The position numbers were made by a program, and so were the translations under genes. Below, in pieces: positions 28,181 to 41,418 of a DNA stretch of 64,000 nt; position 1 is the first letter of the stretch, and each line of letters starts with the position of its first letter. Source of the DNA: Octopus vulgaris. Taxonomy: Eukaryota. A model generated the notes under the pieces. That model was given only the letters and a program-made list of their open reading frames with translations. It had not been told where the DNA came from and made no database searches. The stretch lies in the NCBI GenBank assembly GCA_951406725.2, contig OX597820.1, forward strand, positions 5,456,001 to 5,520,000. Direction: 5' to 3'.

Positions 28181-28549
28181 TAATAAAAACAAAAAACACA
28201 AGGCAGTATCTCATATTTTTGTTTGCTCACACAATTTATCTTTGTGTGTGTGTGTGTGTGTGTGTATACATACATACATACATATATATCTATACATACA
28301 TACATATATATATATATATACATACATATATATATATACATACATATATATATATATATACATACATATATATATATATATACATACATATATATATACA
28401 TAATAGAAATGTTCGAAGGTTATATGGATACAGTTTGTGTATCAAATAGCTAACTTAAGGCGATGGCCTCATGGAGCTAATAAGCGGACAGCTTTTTTCT
28501 TATTTTTATAAGAATGCCATATTAGTATGGCGATAACTATTATTTATAT

Positions 28550-28617
<68 letters not shown>

Positions 28618-28734
28618 CATTCAAACTTTGAATTTCGTGGTACTGGTCATGCTTTGGCTCGCTCTGACACTGAGTTGAGATGGTGCATTCTAGTATCTCA
28701 AAATTTAATATACAATTATTCATAATTGTCGTAT

Positions 28735-28826
28735 CCTGCGCCGATGAGAGAAGAAGTTTGGGTAAAGTAGAATTTTCTAATTCTTATGCTATCCTAAAAC
28801 TTGATCTCGAAACGTACGTCCGTAGG
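28735..28826 (+). ncRNA. Type I hammerhead ribozyme, copy 1 (predicted cleavage after 28820)
   Basis: Stem I CCTGCG/CGTAGG; core CCGATGA; stem II GAGA..AAGTTTGGGTA...TATCCTAAAACTT..TCTC; GAAA; stem III AC-GTAC-GT; GTC triplet. Confidence 0.8.
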
Positions 28827-29325
28827 TAACTTAAAATTGCATGATAGATTGCCGTCATTTCATTCTTTCTTTCTTACCTGTCTGTGTTTGCCTTTCAAGT
28901 GCTGTGTTTTTACTGAGATCCCCCTTTTAGTAGAAGGAATAGCTATATCTCTTTGACTGCTATTTCTAAATTCGGTGTGTTGGTGAGGCAATTCGTTGCT
29001 AAACCCTTAATTACTTAGTATTACTTAAATTTTCCTCGAATGGGGCTTTTACATGCCGAAATCTACTTGGTGTAATTGATAATTATCCCTAATTAATTAA
29101 TTTCACCCTTTATTATTATTACTGATAACCATATTTTATCCCAGTGAATGACCGCAGCATTTTGTCTTGGCTACACGCGGGTGGAAGGGGGCTGGTGACA
29201 CAAACTTTCATTCAAACTTTGAATTTCGTGGTACTGGTCATGCTTTGGCTCGCTCTGACACTGAGTTGAGATGGTGCATTCTAGTATCTCAAAATTTAAT
29301 ATACAATTATTCATAATTGTCGTAT

Positions 29326-29417
29326 CCTGCGCCGATGAGAGAAGAAGTTTGGGTAAAGTAGAATTTTCTAATTCTTATGCTATCCTAAAACTTGATCTCG
29401 AAACGTACGTCCGTAGG
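29326..29417 (+). ncRNA. Type I hammerhead ribozyme, copy 2 (predicted cleavage after 29411)
   Basis: Identical to copy 1, 591 nt downstream. Confidence 0.8.
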
Positions 29418-29611
29418 TAACTTAAAATTGCATGATAGATTGCCGTCATTTCATTCTTTCTTTCTTACCTGTCTGTGTTTGCCTTTCAAGTGCTGTGTTT
29501 TTACTGAGATCCCCCTTTTAGTAGAAGGAATAGCTATATCTCTTTGACTGCTATTTCTAAATTCGGTGTGTTGGTGAGGCAATTCGTTGCTAAACCCTTA
29601 ATTACTTAGTA

Positions 29612-29714
<103 letters not shown>

Positions 29715-30576
29715 AAAAAAATACAAACTGGGACAAGAACGCAAAACATTTAGAAGACAATACAAAAACACGGACTTCCATCTTCAGTCAAGAACCGGAT
29801 CATCCTAGCAATTTCGGCTGATTAATCTTGAGATCGCTCCGATCAGACCAGCCCCAAGGAAAAATTAAGCTACGAGCATTAGATTTCTTGGAAAAAGGAT
29901 CGAATGTATACGAAACAAGGACAGAAAAACGGACGTTGCCACACGAATATAAATACAAAAAACAATAATAGTAATAACAGGACAAAAACAGCGGGTGTCT
30001 TACGACTATAGACAGTACAACTTAGCTTAGCTGGCGTATTTGGAAAAAAATGCCTTTTTCGGCAGACGAAGAAAACGATGTTCTCGTGGCGGGTGTTTGA
30101 AGCCGAAAGGCTGGTTGACCAGCGGTCACGTGAGAGGAGAAGAGAGAGAAAAAAGGGGGCAAAGGAATCAAAGAGATAGAGAAAAAGAGGGACAAAGGCA
30201 CCAAAGGGGGGAGAAGAGAGAGAAAGAAAAAATTAAAGAGGGGAGAAGAAAGAGAGCGTGCCAAGGATTGGCTTGGCGACAGAATCAGTGAGGGGCAAAG
30301 TGAGAAAGACAGAGAAATGTGAGAGAGTGGGGGAAGAGGAGACCAAAGAATCAGAGGCAAGAAAAGAGAAAAGGAGGAGGAGGGAGAGAGAGAGAGAAAG
30401 AGACAGATCAAAGTGGAGTGCAAAGTGTGACAGGCAGAGAAATATAGGAGAGGGGGAGAGAGAGACAGTGTTATAGAGTCGTACCAAATACCAAATACAT
30501 ATATATATATATACATAAATATATATACATATATATATGCATACATATATATATATATACATATATATATACATAC

Positions 30577-30607
<31 letters not shown>

Positions 30608-30631
30608 CACACACATATATATATAATAAAA

Positions 30632-30968
30632 GGCGCATGGCTCAGTGGTTAGAGCGTCGAGCTTACGATCGTGAGGTTGTGAGCTCGAATCCCAGACCGG
30701 GCTGCGTGTTGTGTTCTCGAGCAAAACACTTTATTTCACGTTGCTCCAGTTCACTCAGCTGTAGAAATGAGTTGCGACGTCACTGGTTCCAAGCTGTATC
30801 GACCTTTGTCTTTCCCTTGGATAACACTGGTGGCGTGGAGAGGGGAGGCTGGTATGCATGGGCGACTGCTGGTTTTCCATAAACAACCTTGCCCGGACTT
30901 GTGTCTAGGAGGGTAACTTTCTAGGTGCAATCCCATGGTCATTCATGACCGAAGGGGGTCTTTACCCT
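30632..30968 (+). mobile_element. SINE family D, full length with target-site duplication
   Basis: A box tggctcagtggt, B box gagctcgaatccc; TSD tataataaaagg at 30622-30633 and 30969-30980. Confidence 0.85.
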
Positions 30969-31207
30969 TATAATAAAAGGGTAAATAATTTTTTCGATGG
31001 TTTCTCAGACAACCAACAATTATTTACCGGTAGATTTCGGTATGTAAATATGACTTTTAGCGTCGGGAACTTCTGTGGAGTTCAGTATATATATAGTATA
31101 TAAGTAAAAGGGCAGGCAACAGGTTGCTCTGCCGCATACCGAAAGAATTAGAAATAGCAGTCAGAGACTGTTTATTTCCATTTTCTACAAGTGGGGGCTC
31201 CATATAC

Positions 31208-31244
<37 letters not shown>

Positions 31245-33017
31245 TTACATATATATATACATATATATATCCATATATATACATATATATATCCATATAT
31301 ATATACATATTTACATATATATATACATATATATATCCATATATATATATATATATATCCATATATATATACATATATATGTATATGTATATATATATAT
31401 GTACATATATATATATGTATATGTATATATATATATATGTATATGTATATATATATATGTATATGTATATATATATATGTGTGTATATATATGTATATAT
31501 ATGGATATATATGTATATATATATGTATATATATATATATATGTATTTATATATATACATACATATGAATAAATAAATATATATATATATATATGTATAT
31601 GTATATATATGTATTTATATATATTTATATATACATATATTTCGTAGACAGAAACTTAAAGAAACAATCGTATATATATATATGTGTGTATATATTATAT
31701 CTATGTGTGTGACTTTGTTTCTGTGTTTCACCCTCATCACTGCTTCACAACTGCTGTTCGTTTATTTACATCCCTATAACTTACTAAATTTTGTCAGTTT
31801 ATCTAAGCAAAGATGAATAGTTGTACTCTTTGCAGCTGTGGGGTCATCCGAGCATAGAAGATGAGCATTATTTGTAATTCAATGGTACAACAGTGTAAGA
31901 GTTTGCTTTGACATACACTTAGATTGTGATTTCTGCAATGTGCTGCATAAATTGTCAAGTAAGTGAGAGGCATCTTTGCCTCCACTGATTCAGTTGCAAA
32001 GTGTTGAGTAAAATTATTTGATTGCAGATCTCCTTTCAGTGTTTTTAATATCACTGGGTCACACATAGTCCCCAGATGGTAACATTGATTTCAAGGCCTT
32101 CCCAGATGAGTGACTGGTTATTCAAAGACATTTATAGATTGTATATTTTGTTCTGTCCAGTTACGTATAAACTCCAACTTTCATTTCCCATTAGCCCTCA
32201 ACGTCACACAGTTGTCAATGTTTATTCAGCTGGGTCACGCCCCTCCAATTGCTATAGATTCGTAATGCCTCTTACGGTGAGGAATCCTTCATTGGGAGTG
32301 GTAACATTTAGGGTACTGTAGCTGACTGCTTATTGTGATCATTCGCCTTTTGGTTTCCTGTAGCTTTGCTCTCTTTTACAAACCCAGTGAACATATATTT
32401 CCTATTTCAAAGAAATTCAAACAATAGATATAAGACCCAAGTAAAAAGGATTCTCAACAATTCAACTTCTCTGGTTGATATTAAGATGCCCACCCCCAAT
32501 AGGGGCGTTAACTCTCACATTTTAGAACTCTCTGACCTTCATTTTTCAGGAGCAAAATCTTTTTAACAGGTTCAATAAAATTGGAATTTTGGAATATGCG
32601 CATAAACATCTAGAGTTAGGTATGTGTGTATGTGTGTATGTGTGTGTGTGTGTGTAAGTCTGTGTGTACGTGGGTGAATGGAGGGGCATATGATGAGATC
32701 AGGAATGGCAACGAAAGCACTTTCACAAACCTAGCTCAATGTTATATGCACCGATCAGCTAATCAACTGATTCGATAATTAGTTACAGTTCGTACGAACT
32801 GTTAATTAATAAAAAAAAGTTGATATACAACCAGTGCGTGTTTTAGTATTCGTGTAATTGCCCAACCGAGATAAAAAATAATCTGTTTCAAAACATCAGT
32901 TCCCACCAAGAATAATGCAGACAAAAACCAAATAGAAAAATGAAATATTTATTTATATATACATATATGCAGGTAAACGGTAATAATTTTTTTCCGCGAT
33001 ATATATACATGCATATA

Positions 33018-33074
<57 letters not shown>

Positions 33075-33502
33075 ATGTGTGTTTACATGCATGTATATTT
33101 CCTTCAATATAAGTATATGTATATAAACATATATATATATAAATATAGATTGATAGATAATTAGACATATATATATGTAAATACATGCATATATATATAT
33201 GTATATATGTATGTGTGTGTGTATATATATATATATATAATCAAAATATGCAACAATTTATCTGCGTCACTACTTGATGTTCTGTGGCTTATTTTCATTT
33301 ATTCGCCTTGCTTCGCTTCGGTACGGATAATACCGGATCGACTTTGTGCTTCAACTTAAGAAACTAATTCAACTGAATCTCAACTGCTTATTATACGTGT
33401 GTGTGTGTAGAAAAGCCATCTGTAAATGGATACGTCTCTCTCCGCAATACCTCCCTACATGAATGGGGCAAAGTTTAACTTTAAAATTACATAACATATC
33501 CA

Positions 33503-34680
33503 TTTTGGGTAAAATTTTCGGCAAAAGTTTTGGAAAAATTTTTGGGTAAAATTTTCGGAAAATTTTTAGGTAAAAGTTTCAGTGAAAATTTTGGAAAAAT
33601 TTTTGGGTAAAATTTTCGGTGCAAATTTTCGAAAAATTTTTAGGTAAAATTTTCGTTGAAAATTTTCGAAAAATTTTGGGAAAATTGTAAATTTTTGAAA
33701 ATTTTCGATGAAAATTTTCGAAAAAGTTTTGGGTAAAATTTCACCGAAACTTTTCCCCAAAAATTTGTCGAAAATTTTACACAAAAATTTTTCGAAAATT
33801 TTACTCAAAAATTTTTCGAAAATTTTCACTGACAATTTTCCCCAAAATTTTTCGAAAATTTGACCAAAAATTTTTCGAAAATTTTACCCAAAAATTTTCA
33901 CAAAAATTTTTTGAAAATTTTCACCGAAAATTTTCCCCAAAAATTTTCCGAAAATTTTCACGGGAAATTTTACCCAAATATTTTCGAAAATCTTTGGTGA
34001 AAACTATCAAAAACTTTTTGAGGAAAATTTTCGAAAAATATTTGGGTAAAATTTTCTGTGAAAATTTTCGGAAAATTTTTGGGTAAAATTTTCGAAAAAT
34101 TTTTGAGGAAAATTTTCGAAAAAGTTTTGGGTAAAATTTTCGGTGAAAAATTTCGGAAAATTTTTGGGTAAAATTTTCCGTGAAATTTTCGGAAAATTTT
34201 AGGGTAAAATTTTCGATGAAAAGTTACGAAAAAGTTTTGGGTAAAATTTCACCGAAAATTTTCCAAAATTTTTCGAAAATTTGACCAAAAATTTTTCGAA
34301 AATTTTCGGTTAAAACTTTCGAAAATTTTTGGGAAAAATTTTCGAAAAATATTTGGGGAAAATTTTCGGAAAATTTTTGGGGAAAACTTTCGGTGAAAAT
34401 TTTCGAAAAATTTTTGGTGAAAATTTTCGAAAATTTTTGGGTAAAATTTTCGGTGAAAATTTTTGAAAAATTTTTGTGTAAAATTTTCGGTGAAAAATTT
34501 CGGAACATTTTTGGGTAAAATTTTCGAAAAATTTTTGGGTAAAATTTTCGGTGAAAATTTTCGGGTAAAATTTTCAATGAAAATTTTCGAAAAAGTTTCA
34601 CCGAAAATTTTCACAAAAAATTTTTGGGTAAAATTTTCGGTGAAAATTTTCGGAAAATTTTCGGGGAAAATTTTTGGGTA
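33503..34680. repeat. A4T4 quasi-palindromic minisatellite, ~12-bp subunit / ~37-bp unit, with internal inversions
   Basis: GGGTAAAATTTTC-GGTGAAAATTTTC-GAAAAATTTTT repeated; strand polarity flips at ~33740-33990, ~34250-34300 and ~34600. Confidence 0.92.
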
Positions 34681-37600
34681 TCGCAACCAATTCAATATAC
34701 TGAACCAAAAGATATACCAACACGAACACCGAGGACGACAATTAAAAAGACAGAAAACAGTGACGAGAAGACAAATTCTACCCCTGACACCACAACAACA
34801 CAAACACCGCACAAAACATCAACAATTTCTACAAGCATACATATTAACGCAAATGCTTTGCCTTTACCCCCTTCTGATTCATCGGACGACGAAAGTTCGA
34901 AGGAAAGGCAAATAGCCACAGGGGGTAAAAGGAAAAGATCAAAAAAGACCACCAAACAAGGAAGAAAAGCAGGGAGATATTTAACTCCGGACCGCATCCC
35001 CCTAGACAATAAAAAAATCAATGAACCCGCAAAACCACACACACAATTAACTGCAATAGACACAGACAATAAAAAAATTAATGGATTACATTGCATCCAA
35101 CACGGACATCTGTGAAGATGACTTTAAGACAAACAATCATCCGCGCACCACACCACCGAAACACAAGAATTTTACACATAACACAAACACAATACCATAC
35201 ACCGAAAACAATATTTCAAATGCGGTAGGCGGGTTACAGCGATACCTCTCCAAAAAACTATATAAACACCTCATCAAAGACACTATAAAAGAAAAAGAAA
35301 AAAATGGACAAACCGCGTCGGATCGTCGAGATCTTATCTAGATAGAATTCTATGCAGGACAGCGGATAGGGATAGTATAGGATGTCCATAATTTAAAATA
35401 GTCAGCTACACAGATCACAAATTTGTGACGTGTACACTCGACTTAGATAAGACACATAGACACGTCGCTCTTAGCGCGACAGGTTTACAGGAACCGGATT
35501 AGCGAGTTAATTAAGAGTTCGCTGACGGGAGCCGTCGTTAACAACCGCTGGTGGTACGGAATGAATTAGGTTTAGCAAGGAATTAGCGATAGATCGAAAT
35601 AGAGTAGAGAGAGACCTAGTTAAGAAACTAGAAGAGGCACTTACCACTGGCAGCGCAACCAACGTGTTGGCTGCGAGGATGGCCCTCGACCAACACCTCA
35701 ACGCCAAGCACGAAGGTTGCGTCGTCAAAGCTAAAATGCGTGCCTTAAGGAACGAAGGGATCGAAGCTGCGAGAGAGGCCCGGGTAGCGGAGGCGCAGCG
35801 TGGCAACAAAGCCACCATTCGGTCTCTAATAGATCAACAGGGATGCAGTTTACTCGAACCCGAAAGGATGTGTGAGGCCTTTCAACAGCACTTTGCTCGA
35901 CTGTTTGGTGCGAGTGGTGGGTCGGAACGCGGGATGGATTTTAGTGCCTACCTGACCGACCTGCCGCGGCTCTCGGCAAGAGAAGCGGAGTGTTGTGAAA
36001 GTCCCATCACAGCCGCTGACGTGCGGGATGCGATGGCGGGCTGCGCGAGGGATAAGTCGCCTGGATGTGAATGGTTACCCTACGAGCTGTATTGTCAAAT
36101 GCCAGACTTGTTTGGCGACCTCTTGGCATCAGTCTACTGCAACTGGCAACAAAACGGGAGAATCCCCGGTTTCGTGAGCCGAGGTGCAGTGACGTTGCTG
36201 AAGAAAGACCCAAACAAGGGGAATTTTATAGATAATTTCAGGCCCATCACTCTGCTCAACGCAGATTTGAAAATTTTGGCCAAAGTAATAGCCGAGAGGT
36301 TGGGGCTTGTCATTGGTAAACTGGTCTACAGGGCGCAAACATGCGCCGTGCCGGGCAGAACCATACATGACAACCTCTATCTGATGCGCTACATTGTGGA
36401 CAGGGTAGTTAAGGATCCTGGCATGGGTGGGGCGCTGATCAATTTGGATCAGTCTAAAGCCTTCAATAGGGTCGACCATCGGTACTTGGCGGCCGTCCTC
36501 AGGGCGGCTGGCTTCGGTCCCGTCTTCCGCGGTTGGATCGCTGCCTTGTATAGCGGCATCCGATCGGTTATTCGGGTGAACGGTCACCTGTCGAAACCGT
36601 TTGACATCACGCGTTCGGTCCGTCAGGGGTGTCCCCTGTCGGCGCTTCTGTATGTATTGACTCTCGAGCCGCTACTACGGAAGCTGACAACACTGAGGGG
36701 CATCCCACGGGAACTGGGTTGCGGGACGAGCGTGTCGGCATATGCGGACGGTGTCACCGTCATAGTATCGAGCGACAAACACATCCAGATGATAGGCGAG
36801 ACACTAAGAATATACGAAACGGTGACGGGAGCGAAGATTAACCCGGAAAAGTCAGTGGGTTTGCTACTCGGCACCTGGAGAAGCAAGTCCATGCCGTCCG
36901 ACTGCAGTAGGGGACGCTGGACGGACGGACCGGTTAAATTGCTCGGGGTCTGGTTCAGTCCGGACCTCCAAATGGCTAAGAATTGGGACGAGATCACGAG
37001 TAGAGTGGTCGCTCTCAGCCAAACATGGGCCGAGAGAAAGCTGTTTCTAAAAGGCCGGGCGGAGGTGGCGAACGCGTACATCGCATCCGTCATCGATTAC
37101 CGCCTGACCGTCGTACCTTGTCCCGACGCCACCATCACCAAACTGGAACGCATAATCTTCCGCTTCCTGTGGAAGGGTGGCGTTCCGATGGTGATGAAGT
37201 CCATTTGCTGTCAACATCCGTTGAATGGAGGACTGGGCATGCCGTGGTTGATGATGCGCAGGCATGTGTTGAGACTGCGACATCTCCGGACCTTCATCGA
37301 TGACGGTGAACAGGTGTGGGCGCCGTTTGTGAGGCGCGCCTTCCAGCAGCTCGTCTCACTGACCGAACTGCAAACGTGGATCAAGAAGAGACCGAAACTG
37401 GGCGATTGGCACCGAGAGTGTCGCCAAGGTCTACAGCAGCTCTGCTGACCGGGGTCAAACTTGTGCAACTTACTAACAACTAAAGCGGGGCAAACCTGGG
37501 CGTCGACGAGAAATTCCTAACCCGCCTGTTCAGGACGACGTTCGGGCCGGGGCCTATGGATAACTACCAGAAATCCCTGGCTTGGCAGTGCTATCGAGAC

Positions 37601-38370
37601 GCACTACCTGTTCGAGAGAAGAGCTACAGGCACGGTTCGAAAACCATCACCGGACCGACCTGCCCGAGATGCGGTCAGAGCGACAAAACCGTTCTGCACG
37701 CACTCGTGCAGTGTCCAGATATTTCAGAGCTGTGGACCTTCGTCGAACAGCTGTTGTCACGTGTAGGTCGGGCCCGCCTATCGGCCGAGTCTATGGTGAA
37801 TATTGTTCCACCACCTTCCTTTAAACGGGAAGGGAAAACGGTTTTCGTTACGCTGATGGCTATGGCGAAAGAATGTGTGTGGTGGACGCGTTTGAAAGGA
37901 CTGCAAAAAACACCTTCCTCTCTGGTCAGTCTCTCATCAACTTTTTCAAGTACCACTTGAAAAGGAGGATGAGAATAGAGAGGAAGGCTTTGTCGAACGA
38001 ATGTTTTAATAAAAAGTGGGTAAAAGTGGCCAAAATGGTCAGTATGAAAGACGACACTATTTTAAGCATAAATCTGTAACCAAAAGAGACAACGAGAAAT
38101 AAGGCAACTTACTCATGTGTTCATCTTCGAACTGTCTGAGGTGACCTTGGTCTTTTTTGTAGGTTTTTCTTTCCAAGGCTACACCTAAACTGTGAACATT
38201 ATATATATATATATTGCCTTTTTATACACCACACAACCCACAGATCCCTATTGATCAAACGTGTTGTTTTTTTTTGTGCCCCATCCATTCCACCTCGAAA
38301 AGAAAAAATTCTACATTGTATTTCGTCCATTTTTATTCTGTGTTTAGCCCTGTGTGGCTACAATAAAAAG
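34681..38370 (+). mobile_element. L1/Tx1-group non-LTR retrotransposon, truncated and decayed
   Basis: Low-complexity ORF1-like tail at 34681-35300; endonuclease remnant YLDRI..YTDHK at 35335-35430; RT; C-terminal CxxC-H-C knuckle; AATAAA at the 3' end followed by (TATC)n. Confidence 0.88.
35664..38079 (+). pseudogene. Tx1/L1-type ORF2: reverse transcriptase and zinc knuckle, with stop and frameshifts
   Basis: KSPG, NFRPITLLNADLKILAK, LDQSKAF.RVDH, VRQGCPLS, AYADG (YADD mutated), GGLG, CPRCGQSDKTVLHALVQC. Confidence 0.9.
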
Positions 38371-38371
38371 T

Positions 38372-38622
<251 letters not shown>

Positions 38623-38718
38623 CTCTCCCTTTACACGCACACATACAAACACACACACACATGTATCTCAGTCTTGCGCTCTGTATGTTTATACACACAC
38701 ATACACCTTTAGAAATAT

Positions 38719-38781
<63 letters not shown>

Positions 38782-38994
38782 GCATAAATATGTGTTTACA
38801 TATATAACGTATCTACTTATGTATATATATGAAATATACATACATGCATATATGTATACGTATGTATGTATGTTTCTATCTATCTTTCTATCTATCTATC
38901 TATATATGTATATAAATATATAAATATATAAATATATAAATATATGTATATATATATACATATATATATATACACACTCATATATGTACATACC

Positions 38995-39044
<50 letters not shown>

Positions 39045-39073
39045 TATATGTATATACATACATATATAGATAT

Positions 39074-39111
<38 letters not shown>

Positions 39112-39248
39112 TCATACATACATACACATACATACACATACACACACACACTCACACACATACTCATGTATAGGTTTACCTTGTGTTTCTGCAATATTTT
39201 AAGATATATATGAATGTATGTGTATGTATGTATGTATATACTTATCTC

Positions 39249-39279
<31 letters not shown>

Positions 39280-39611
39280 ATATCTATCTATTTGTCTGTC
39301 TCTCTGTCTGTCTGTATGTCTATCTGTATGTATGTATGTGTCAGTGTGTATATATATATATATGTGAGTGTGTCGTTAATTCAATGTTTGTTCCCACCAT
39401 CACCGCTTGATAAACGGTCCTGGTGTTTTTAAGTCTCCTAACCTAGTAATTCGGCAAGAGGTGACCGACAGAATTGGTACCTGGCTTTAAAAATTAGCAT
39501 GTACTGCGTCGTTGCATTCCACTAAATATTCTTGGAGGCTGTGCCCCAGCATGGCCAAAGGGTTAGAAAATGTGTTTTAGGGTCAGGTTACGTTTTTTAA
39601 GAGAAAGAGAG

Positions 39612-39684
<73 letters not shown>

Positions 39685-39771
39685 AAGAGAGGGACAGACA
39701 GACAGACAGAGAGAGAGAAAGAGAGATTCGGGAAAAGTGTGTATGTCTGTGTATGCGCGTGAGCGAGGTAC

Positions 39772-40355
39772 ATTCTTTTCTATTCCAGGCACAAGGCCCG
39801 AAATTTTAGTGTGAGGGGCCAATCGATTAAATCGACCCCAGTATGCAACTGGTACTTAATTTATCGATCCCGAATGTATGAAAAGCAAAGTCGACCTCGG
39901 CGGAATTTGAACTCAGTACGTAAGGACAGACGAAATACCTATTTCTTTACTACCCACAGGGGGCTACACACAAAGGAAAGAAAGAAGGACAGACAAACGG
40001 ATTAAGTCGATTACATCGACCCCAGTGCGTAACTGGTACTTATTTAATCGATCCCGAAAGGATGAAAGGCAAGGTCGACCTCGGTTGAATTTGAACTCAG
40101 AACGTAACGGCAGACGAAATACCTATTTCTTTACTACCCACAGGGGGCTACACACAAAGTGGGCAAACAAGGAGAGACAAACGGATTAAGTCGATTATAT
40201 CGACCCCAGTGCGTAACTGGTACTTATTTAATCGACTCCGAAAGGATGAAAGGCAAAGTCGACCGCGGCGGAATTTGAACTCAGAACGTAACGGCAGACG
40301 AAATACTGGTAAGCATTTCGCCCGGCCTGCTAACGTTTCTGCCAGCTGGCCGCCT
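39772..40355 (-). mobile_element. SINE family B, trimeric copy
   Basis: One head (ggcggccagctggcagaaacgttagc), then three ~185-bp units; the last ends in a different tail (aaatttcgggccttgtgcctggaatagaaaagaat). Confidence 0.85.
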
Positions 40356-40733
40356 TGTGAGGGCGATATAGTGGTAGACGTGACTGAACGCGTATGCGCC
40401 TCTGTGTGCATGTAACCAAATGCGTATGTACATGCTACCGTTACACTACCTTGATATTATGTGTGTATACTATGCACCTTATTCAGTCTATATGTATGTT
40501 ATTGCAGCGCAGTCTAGCTTGAGGCAGTATACGCTGTTAGATGCTGCTTTCGCTGGAAGAACTGCAGACTTTTCGTCACATAGGTTTTCATCTCTACTTA
40601 CTGTTCCGACTGCTTTGAAATTCATTATGCTATCAAAACACACATTTGTAATAACACACACACACATTCACTCACACCCACATACTCATACACACATGCA
40701 CACATGCATGTATATGTAAGCAAATTTTTTTAA

Positions 40734-40959
40734 GGGCGGCGAGCTGGCAGAAACGTTAGCACGCCGGGCGAAATGTCTAGCCGTATTTCGTCTGCCGTCA
40801 CGTTCAAATTCCTCCGAGGTCAAACTTTGCCTTTCATCCTTTCGGAGTCGATAGATTAAATACCAGTTACGCACTGGGGTCGATGTATTCGACTTAATCC
40901 GTTTGTTTGTTCTTGTTTGTCCTCTCTGTGTTTAGCCCCTTGTGGGTAGTAAAGAAATA
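40734..40959 (+). mobile_element. SINE family B monomer
   Basis: Full head-to-tail match; flanking duplication tatatgtaagcaaat at 40711-40725 and 40960-40974. Confidence 0.9.
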
Positions 40960-41187
40960 TATATGTAAGCAAATATAGATAGATGTGTGTGTTTGTGTTT
41001 TTGTGAATATAAAGTTGAATACATACATAAAAAAAATTACGTATACATACACATGCACACATATTGGCATGCGTGCATGTGTGTATATACATATTTATGT
41101 TCTCTCACCCAGCCACACAAACACAGACTCCTACTCCAACATATTTCTAATAAATACAAGTGTACATACATACATACAGATAAATAC

Positions 41188-41418
41188 GTTTCTTTATTAC
41201 CTACAAGGGGCTAAACACAGAGAGGACAAACAAGGACAGACAAAGGGATTAAGTCGATTACATCGACGCCAGTGCGTAACTGGTACTTAATTTATTGACC
41301 CCGAAAGGATGAAAGGCAAAGTCGACCTCGGCGGAATTTGAACTCAGAACGTAACGGCAGACGAGATACGGCTACGCATTTCGCTCGGCGTGCGAATGGT
41401 TCTGCCAGCTCGCCGCCT
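41188..41418 (-). mobile_element. SINE family B monomer
   Basis: Reverse complement of 40734-40959. Confidence 0.9.

Noticed and set aside
29775-29862. Minus-strand GGCTG...CAGCC-GAAA and a nearby CTGAAGA
   Set aside because: Core elements are not in a compatible order or spacing.
31800-32560. Complex-looking unique sequence, possible exon
   Set aside because: No sustained ORF or clear splice pair; likely an ancient transposon relic, but no motif I can support.
33566-34812. K/I/F/E-rich ORFs
   Set aside because: Read-through of the A4T4 minisatellite.
39772-40355. Regularly spaced repeats suggesting a CRISPR-like array
   Set aside because: Whole ~185-bp units repeat, there are no unique spacers or cas genes, and the context is eukaryotic.
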